Shown piece by piece: positions 58,107-64,000 of a stretch of DNA of 64,000 nt (position 1 is the first letter of the stretch; each line of letters begins with the position of its first letter). The stretch lies in the IMG/VR virus record IMGVR_UViG_3300034375_008561. The stretch is one strand, 5' to 3'. The notes beneath the pieces were generated by a model. It did not search any database, was not told the origin of the DNA, and saw only the letters and a program-made list of their open reading frames with translations. The stretch is from an uncultured virus (IMG/VR IMGVR_UViG_3300034375_008561) (lineage: Duplodnaviria; Heunggongvirae; Uroviricota; Caudoviricetes). Made by a program: the position numbers and the translations under genes.

Positions 58107-61100
58107 ATGGATGAATTTGCAATTGAAGTACTAAAAGCTAATGGGTATGATTATGACAGTGGTGGAATAATTGATGCAGAAGGTAATTTTCTATCTTCAG
58201 TAGAATTAAATGGTAAAACATACACTTCTGAGGCAGACCCAGTTCTCTGGGAAGAAGCACAACAACCTCAGTATCGTGAAACTGGAGCACCTGACCCTGT
58301 ACAAGACTTTAGAGGTTTTGAAGCTGACCCATTAGGGACTGCACTTACCCCAGCTCAAAAGGAAAATTATCCTATGTATGCTCAAATACAGGAAGAGCAA
58401 GGGCTCCCAACTTATGATGATGCAAACATCTATGAAAAAGAGATGGAAAGGCAAGCTGAAGAAGAAATGGAAGACCCTTATTATGGTACATTGAGAGAGT
58501 TACAGGAAGAAGGACATGAGGGAATTAACGATGAGTTAATCAATAAGATAAAAGAAAATGAAAAGTTCATCGCTGAAGTTGAAGCAAAAGACCCAAGTTG
58601 GAATGTTAATATAAGAGAGAAGGATGATACTGATGAACAAATAGAAGATGCAGCTATGTATAATGTACCAGGTATAGCAGCTGGTTACATAGAAAAAGGA
58701 GTAATGGGTCTAGTTAAATGGGCAAACTCAACCTTCTATGGTGAGAGTGCTGGTATGAATGGGACTAAAGAAGAAAAATTAGCTTATGAAAAAGCTTTGC
58801 AGGATAGAAAAGAAATGAAAAAACCTGCAGCTAGAATAATGAAAGCTAAGATAGATGAAAAATTAGCTGAGCTTAATCCTGTATGGGAGGAGATGAGTAT
58901 GTTAGAAACAATTCACCCAGACAATGATATTGTAAGATATGCAATTAATGAATTAGAGCAAGAGAAAGCTTTAATTGATAACTCAATAGATGAGCAATGG
59001 ATATTCAATCCTCTTAGTGATAAATATACAATTAACACATTAACTGCAGGTTTTCAAGGTGTGATTGATAAATATATGCACTTTCAACCATTAGCTAATA
59101 AAGTTACAAAAGGTGAAGAACTTACTGAAAATGAACAACTTGCAGCAGAAGCCTTAGGTTTACAAACAAAAACACAAGGTATGCAACTTGAACAACACTG
59201 GATGCATGGTTTAACAAAAGGTACTTTTGATAGTGCAGCATTCTTATATGGTGGTGCAGTAGGTAGGGTTGCAATGAAAGGTGTAACAAAAGCAGTAACC
59301 ACAGCTGCATCTAAGCAAGTGGGTAATCTATTTGGTAATATTATAGGAGGAAGTGTAAACATGACTGGACAAGCTATCCTACACCCTGAGTCTCATATTA
59401 GAGCAATAGATAAATATTATGGTTCAATTGCTATGGATGTTGATGCAGAGGGTAAGCCTGTTTTGACAACAGACAGAAGAACTTATGCTACTCTTATGGA
59501 AGAGATGACCCAAAAAGAGGATGAGCTTGAAGAAATGTTGCTTACTGCAAAAGACCCTGACATGAGAAGAAACCTTCAGGCTGTCTTAAAGAGTACACAA
59601 GATATTAAGAATGGATTAGTTGAGCCAGAAACCTTGGCTAACTCTATTGGTTATGGATTTACATCAGTTCTTACAGAGAATACTATTGAGAACTACGGTT
59701 TAAAGATAGGAAAAGGGTTGATTAAAAACCCAGTAACAAAAAAATTAGCGTCTAAAAACTGGGTTAAATCAGTAGCTGCAAGTAGAGCTGCTAAAGGAAC
59801 TGGAGCTGCACTTAATAAAGTGGATAATCTCTTTATGGGTGTCAAAAGAAAATTCAATGCTATCACAGGAGATGGAGGGTCTAAACTAGTTGGTGGTAAC
59901 TTTGAAGAAATGGGTGAAGAAGTCGCAACACAATTGGTACCTGTTTGGGGAGAAACTGATGAAGAAGCTATTGCAAGAAAAGGTGAACTGCTTGAATTGT
60001 CTTTTTATGGGCAAGTAGCAGGGCAAACTCTATTGATGGGTGGACTGATGAAAGGTGTTCATGCACCAGCTGCAGGATTATCTGCTCTTCAAAATAGTAG
60101 AAATAAAGATGTAAAAAAGGCTAGACAAGCCTACAAAGACCTCGTAAAAGAATTTGGAAAAGGAAATATCACAGAGGCTGAGACCCATGAGTTACTAATG
60201 AAAGCTGGTGGTGGTAAGTTCACAGTTCAAGAGTACAACAATAAAATAAACCAGCTAAAAGCCCAAGGTGATTTTGCTGGAGCAGCTGATGTTGAAAGAA
60301 ATAAGACTTTCAATATTGGTAAGGAAATGATAAAAAATGGTAAAGGGAAGCAATTTGTTAGAGATATGAATCGCCTTATAGCCAATGGTACTATACCTGC
60401 AGAATCTACCCCAGCTGTAATGGAAGCTGTAAATGAAATAAAGAAAATGAATGGTGATATGTCTAAGCACGGTGACCTTAGAAATAAGGACTTTGTCTTA
60501 GAATTGAAATCCAAGCAACGTTATACTGCAAATCAAAAAAAGAAGATAAAAGAAGAAATGACAAGATTGCAGGGTGAAGAAGTTTCTCCACAAAGAGATG
60601 GGTCCATTAAAGGGCTAGAGACTGCATTGGCTAATATAGAAACCTTTGAAGGTCGTCTCAATAAGCAACTAAGACTGGAAACTTCAGAAGCAATGAGAGA
60701 TAAACTGCAAAAAGAAGCTGAGATTACCCAGGAACTTGTTAAAAACTACAAAAAACATGAAGGTGACAAGGGTACAGGCTATGTAAAGATTACAAGAAAA
60801 GAGGCTATTGATAAGATGGAGAAGAAATATGGTAATACTATTCAGAGTTCTGTCAAACAAATGGCTAAGAAAAATCTTGATAGATACATTCTTAATGAGA
60901 CCATTGATGAGCACATGAAGAAGTTTGAGGCTATGCCTGCAAACAAACCAAATGAAACCGAAACAAAAGTTGATAATCAAAATCCTCCTGAGGATGGTGC
61001 AACACCACCACCAACATCAACTCCACCTGCAGAAACACAAGAGGTAACAGCAAAGCAAACAAAGGTTAAAGACCATGTTGATAAACTAAGTAAAAGTATC

Positions 61101-64000
61101 GATGATGTTACTGCACAATTAGAACAACAGCAGACATTATTTGATGATGAGGGTAGTCTAAATTTAGCATCCCCTGATACTAATGTACCTCCAACTAAAG
61201 AACCAGACACTGACCCTGCAAAGGATGCAACTCTAGAACAAGCAGAGCTTATGGATACTGCATTCTTTGATGATATGCCAAAAGCATCAGATGGTAAATT
61301 TGAAAATGAACCATTCCAAGCTATGGTAGATGCTGTGAAGACAAGAGTTAAAGAAATGGAAGAAGAAAATGGTGAAGCTCCTACATTTGATGACTATGTT
61401 GATGAGATGTTAGAGAATGGTGATGTTGAGGCAGATGTTATGAAAGGTCACATGAGAGCCCTAGGTTTAGCCTGGGATGGAGCTCAACTAGGAAAATCAA
61501 ATTGGAAAAAATCTTACAATGAGAGATATGCTAGTATGGAAGCAATGTTAGCTTTGGATGCAGCAAAAAGAAGTAATGTACCTCCAAAGGTTAAAACTGA
61601 TGAGGAAATTGTAGAAGAGGAGAAAGAACAAGAACAAGTGGCAGGTAAGAAGACTAATTCTGAACCTATCACATATAATCCAGACACTGGAGAAGGTTCA
61701 CATGTTACACCTAATAAGCAAAAACATTACGGTACAGAACACAAAGCAAACTTCTCTGCTATTCAATATGAAGAGGAGATTACCATAGATGAAAATGGTA
61801 AAGAAGTACGTAAAAAAGTCAATGCACCTGTGCCTCAAGCAAATATGGAGAGTTCTGTTAATTGGTGGGACTTAGTAAATCCTAATAAGAATAACATAGG
61901 TGACAAACTAATTCCAACTTTATTAGAGGGAGAAGAATTAGCAAACACTGATGTAGCTGTTAGAGATGAGAGAGGTATTCAAATACCTGGGAAGTCAGAA
62001 ACCTTTGAAGCATGGACATTGAGAACCATGGAGGAAAAATACCCAAGCTTAACATTTGAACAATTTCAAGAAACTCAAGAATATAAGGACAAAGTACCTA
62101 TGGTCTATAAAGACTCTAATGGAAGCAATGTGGCTTATGTACCTGAGGTTATGTGGTTTAATGCAAATTCTGTTGGAGACCCAACTGATGTTGAAGAAAT
62201 CGATTTAAACAATCCAACTGCATATCATCAAAAACTCATAGACCAAAATAGAGAGCAAGCTCGTGCTTTGAGAAATGGAATTCTATCTGGTGATGTTGTA
62301 GGAATGGAGATAGCAGATAATTTGAGTATGCCTCCATTTATTAAGATGGAGAAGCAAGATGCAGATGGTATGCCCATCCCAACAGCTCCATTAAATCAAA
62401 TGCATCCTGATACAAGACTTGTTCAAATGAATCCAAATGGACAGTTCTATGGATTAGATGGTGTTAGTTTAAAAGATGAACACGCTGACATTATTAACTA
62501 TGGAGATGATAAGTCAGGTTTAGGTAAAATGGAGATGAAGCAGCAAGGAAAAGCTAAATCCCAAGTAGCAACTAATAAAGGACACTACTATGCTCTTAGT
62601 TTTATAGGTATGAAAGATGGTAGAAAACAATATATAGCTATTGAACTTAATAGAAAGAAAGAAGATGGGCTTACAGATGGAGCTCATAAAGACGATATAG
62701 AAACTGCAAGATGGATTGCAGCCACAAATAAAATTACAAAATTCCCTAATTCTCCAGTTGGGGATAATGATACTCACCCTAATCACATGACTAAGACTGA
62801 GGCTGAGGCTTTGAGAAGACAAATCCTGGAGGTAACTGGTATTGATGTAAAAGATAAGTATGCTGATATGCTTGAAGCTAGAGTTGCACACCATTTAGGT
62901 GGGTTTTCCAAAAAGACAACCTTTGGTAAAGACACCATAGGCATGCTATTAGGATTTAATGAAACTGCAGGGACATATACAAAACCTGACAGTGAGTGGG
63001 TAAGTAACATGAAGTTTAAGTTTAATGCTCCAATGGTTACTATTAAAAGGAATCCTGACAGGTCATTTGAAGTTAAGCTAGTTGAGATAACACCTAAAAC
63101 AGTAAATGGTGAAAAAGTTACTCAAGCTAAAAACTATGAAGATTTCTTAAAAGAAAGACTATCAAGTAATGTAATGGGATTCAATGTAGGTACTGAGGCA
63201 AACCCAGTGTTTACAGCTGCACCTCAACAAAGATATAAACTTACACCTATACTTAAAGACAAAACCCTTGAGGACCACAAAGAGACCTTTAAACAAGAGG
63301 TAGAGGATTTGAAACAAGATGAGAAGGTAGAGAAGAAAACAACTGAAGTTGAAACAAAAGATGCTCCAGTAGTAGCTGATACTAAGATTATTGATAAGGC
63401 TAAGCGAAAAGAAGCAATGACTCAAGCTGCAGCTCTTGCTAAAAGATTAAACCTCAACATTGAAGATATTTCAGAAATCGATAACTTAGTTGTTGCAGAA
63501 ATGGCTACAACTGAGCAGGTTGAAAAGGGAATACTAAGTACTCCTGGCTTAACTATCAAGCAAGAAGAACAAGTTGTAGACTGGTTATTCAGTCAGTTAT
63601 CATCAAAAGAAGGAACTTATGAGGATGCAAAGCACAGAATTAGTGGAATCTTAACTCTTAATGTTGAAGAACTAAACCAATCAATCTCTGACCTTCAAGC
63701 ATTTAAAGATAACCCAGTTGTCCTTCAGATGATTTTGAACATGGAACAAGCTGTAGAACAGCAAACTGAAGTACTTAATTCACTAGATGAATTGGTAGCT
63801 GAAGCTGGACTAAGAGCAGTGAACGTTGATTTTGTCTCAGAAGAGTTTGATGTAGAAGAATGGGAAGAGAATATTAAAGATTTCTCAAAAGGTGCAGGAG
63901 AAGTTAAATCTATTGATAAAGTAGGAACTGCATTGAAAAGAATCTTTGCTCAAGTTTCTGATGGACAAACAGGATTTATGGGACTTGAAACATTCCCTGG
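58107..64000 (+). CDS. giant virion cargo protein, partial (>1960 aa, no stop seen; not in ORF track)
   Basis: ATG 58107 MDEFAIEVLKANG...; the same frame is open at spot checks and at the window end (DGQTGFMGLETFP). Position matches crAss-like giant cargo/virion RNA polymerase genes. Confidence 0.75.
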   Translation, partial: MDEFAIEVLKANGYDYDSGGIIDAEGNFLSSVELNGKTYTSEADPVLWEEAQQPQYRETGAPDPVQDFRGFEADPLGTALTPAQKENYPMYAQIQEEQGLPTYDDANIYEKEMERQAEEEMEDPYYGTLRELQEEGHEGINDELINKIKENEKFIAEVEAKDPSWNVNIREKDDTDEQIEDAAMYNVPGIAAGYIEKGVMGLVKWANSTFYGESAGMNGTKEEKLAYEKALQDRKEMKKPAARIMKAKIDEKLAELNPVWEEMSMLETIHPDNDIVRYAINELEQEKALIDNSIDEQWIFNPLSDKYTINTLTAGFQGVIDKYMHFQPLANKVTKGEELTENEQLAAEALGLQTKTQGMQLEQHWMHGLTKGTFDSAAFLYGGAVGRVAMKGVTKAVTTAASKQVGNLFGNIIGGSVNMTGQAILHPESHIRAIDKYYGSIAMDVDAEGKPVLTTDRRTYATLMEEMTQKEDELEEMLLTAKDPDMRRNLQAVLKSTQDIKNGLVEPETLANSIGYGFTSVLTENTIENYGLKIGKGLIKNPVTKKLASKNWVKSVAASRAAKGTGAALNKVDNLFMGVKRKFNAITGDGGSKLVGGNFEEMGEEVATQLVPVWGETDEEAIARKGELLELSFYGQVAGQTLLMGGLMKGVHAPAAGLSALQNSRNKDVKKARQAYKDLVKEFGKGNITEAETHELLMKAGGGKFTVQEYNNKINQLKAQGDFAGAADVERNKTFNIGKEMIKNGKGKQFVRDMNRLIANGTIPAESTPAVMEAVNEIKKMNGDMSKHGDLRNKDFVLELKSKQRYTANQKKKIKEEMTRLQGEEVSPQRDGSIKGLETALANIETFEGRLNKQLRLETSEAMRDKLQKEAEITQELVKNYKKHEGDKGTGYVKITRKEAIDKMEKKYGNTIQSSVKQMAKKNLDRYILNETIDEHMKKFEAMPANKPNETETKVDNQNPPEDGATPPPTSTPPAETQEVTAKQTKVKDHVDKLSKSIDDVTAQLEQQQTLFDDEGSLNLASPDTNVPPTKEPDTDPAKDATLEQAELMDTAFFDDMPKASDGKFENEPFQAMVDAVKTRVKEMEEENGEAPTFDDYVDEMLENGDVEADVMKGHMRALGLAWDGAQLGKSNWKKSYNERYASMEAMLALDAAKRSNVPPKVKTDEEIVEEEKEQEQVAGKKTNSEPITYNPDTGEGSHVTPNKQKHYGTEHKANFSAIQYEEEITIDENGKEVRKKVNAPVPQANMESSVNWWDLVNPNKNNIGDKLIPTLLEGEELANTDVAVRDERGIQIPGKSETFEAWTLRTMEEKYPSLTFEQFQETQEYKDKVPMVYKDSNGSNVAYVPEVMWFNANSVGDPTDVEEIDLNNPTAYHQKLIDQNREQARALRNGILSGDVVGMEIADNLSMPPFIKMEKQDADGMPIPTAPLNQMHPDTRLVQMNPNGQFYGLDGVSLKDEHADIINYGDDKSGLGKMEMKQQGKAKSQVATNKGHYYALSFIGMKDGRKQYIAIELNRKKEDGLTDGAHKDDIETARWIAATNKITKFPNSPVGDNDTHPNHMTKTEAEALRRQILEVTGIDVKDKYADMLEARVAHHLGGFSKKTTFGKDTIGMLLGFNETAGTYTKPDSEWVSNMKFKFNAPMVTIKRNPDRSFEVKLVEITPKTVNGEKVTQAKNYEDFLKERLSSNVMGFNVGTEANPVFTAAPQQRYKLTPILKDKTLEDHKETFKQEVEDLKQDEKVEKKTTEVETKDAPVVADTKIIDKAKRKEAMTQAAALAKRLNLNIEDISEIDNLVVAEMATTEQVEKGILSTPGLTIKQEEQVVDWLFSQLSSKEGTYEDAKHRISGILTLNVEELNQSISDLQAFKDNPVVLQMILNMEQAVEQQTEVLNSLDELVAEAGLRAVNVDFVSEEFDVEEWEENIKDFSKGAGEVKSIDKVGTALKRIFAQVSDGQTGFMGLETFP

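Noticed and set aside
155..63425. Short antisense ORFs in the track (e.g. 2312-2737 +, 29506-29808 -, 59084-63425 -)
   Set aside because: They are shadows of longer genes on the opposite strand and have no recognisable motifs
1..64000. Stop-codon reassignment as in some crAss-like phages
   Set aside because: Long genes are intact in the standard code, and TAG (portal) and TGA (ATGA overlaps) act as stops

Overview
AT-rich segment of a crAss-like (Crassvirales-type, podovirus-like) phage genome in the standard genetic code. The host is probably Bacteroidota, judged from TAnnTTTG promoters and a DUF3127-like gene. There are two divergent blocks. The minus strand (1-~17.6 kb) carries replication and early genes: partial ATP-dependent DNA ligase, SF2 helicase, family A DNA polymerase, SSB-like protein, Dda-like helicase, RlpA-like protein, an outer-membrane beta-barrel, and duplicated small genes behind a repeated 18-nt promoter-like motif. 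The plus strand (~17.9 kb-end) carries the virion module: TerL, portal, scaffold-like protein, major capsid, ring/hub proteins, several fibres with shared N-terminal modules, sulfotransferase, holin, metallophosphoesterase, PD-(D/E)xK nuclease, a 1944-aa muzzle protein, cargo proteins and a giant open-ended ORF. The most striking features are non-coding and absent from the ORF track. First, a 398-nt phage tmRNA (8221-8618, minus) whose tag frame is 42 codons long. Second, an end-paired 580-nt ORF-free element (14539-15118) with many nested helices and a candidate kissing loop, resembling a large ornate ncRNA. Third, several further structured intergenic elements in the same early region. All helices were found by eye, and family assignments rest on recalled motifs and gene order, not database searches.
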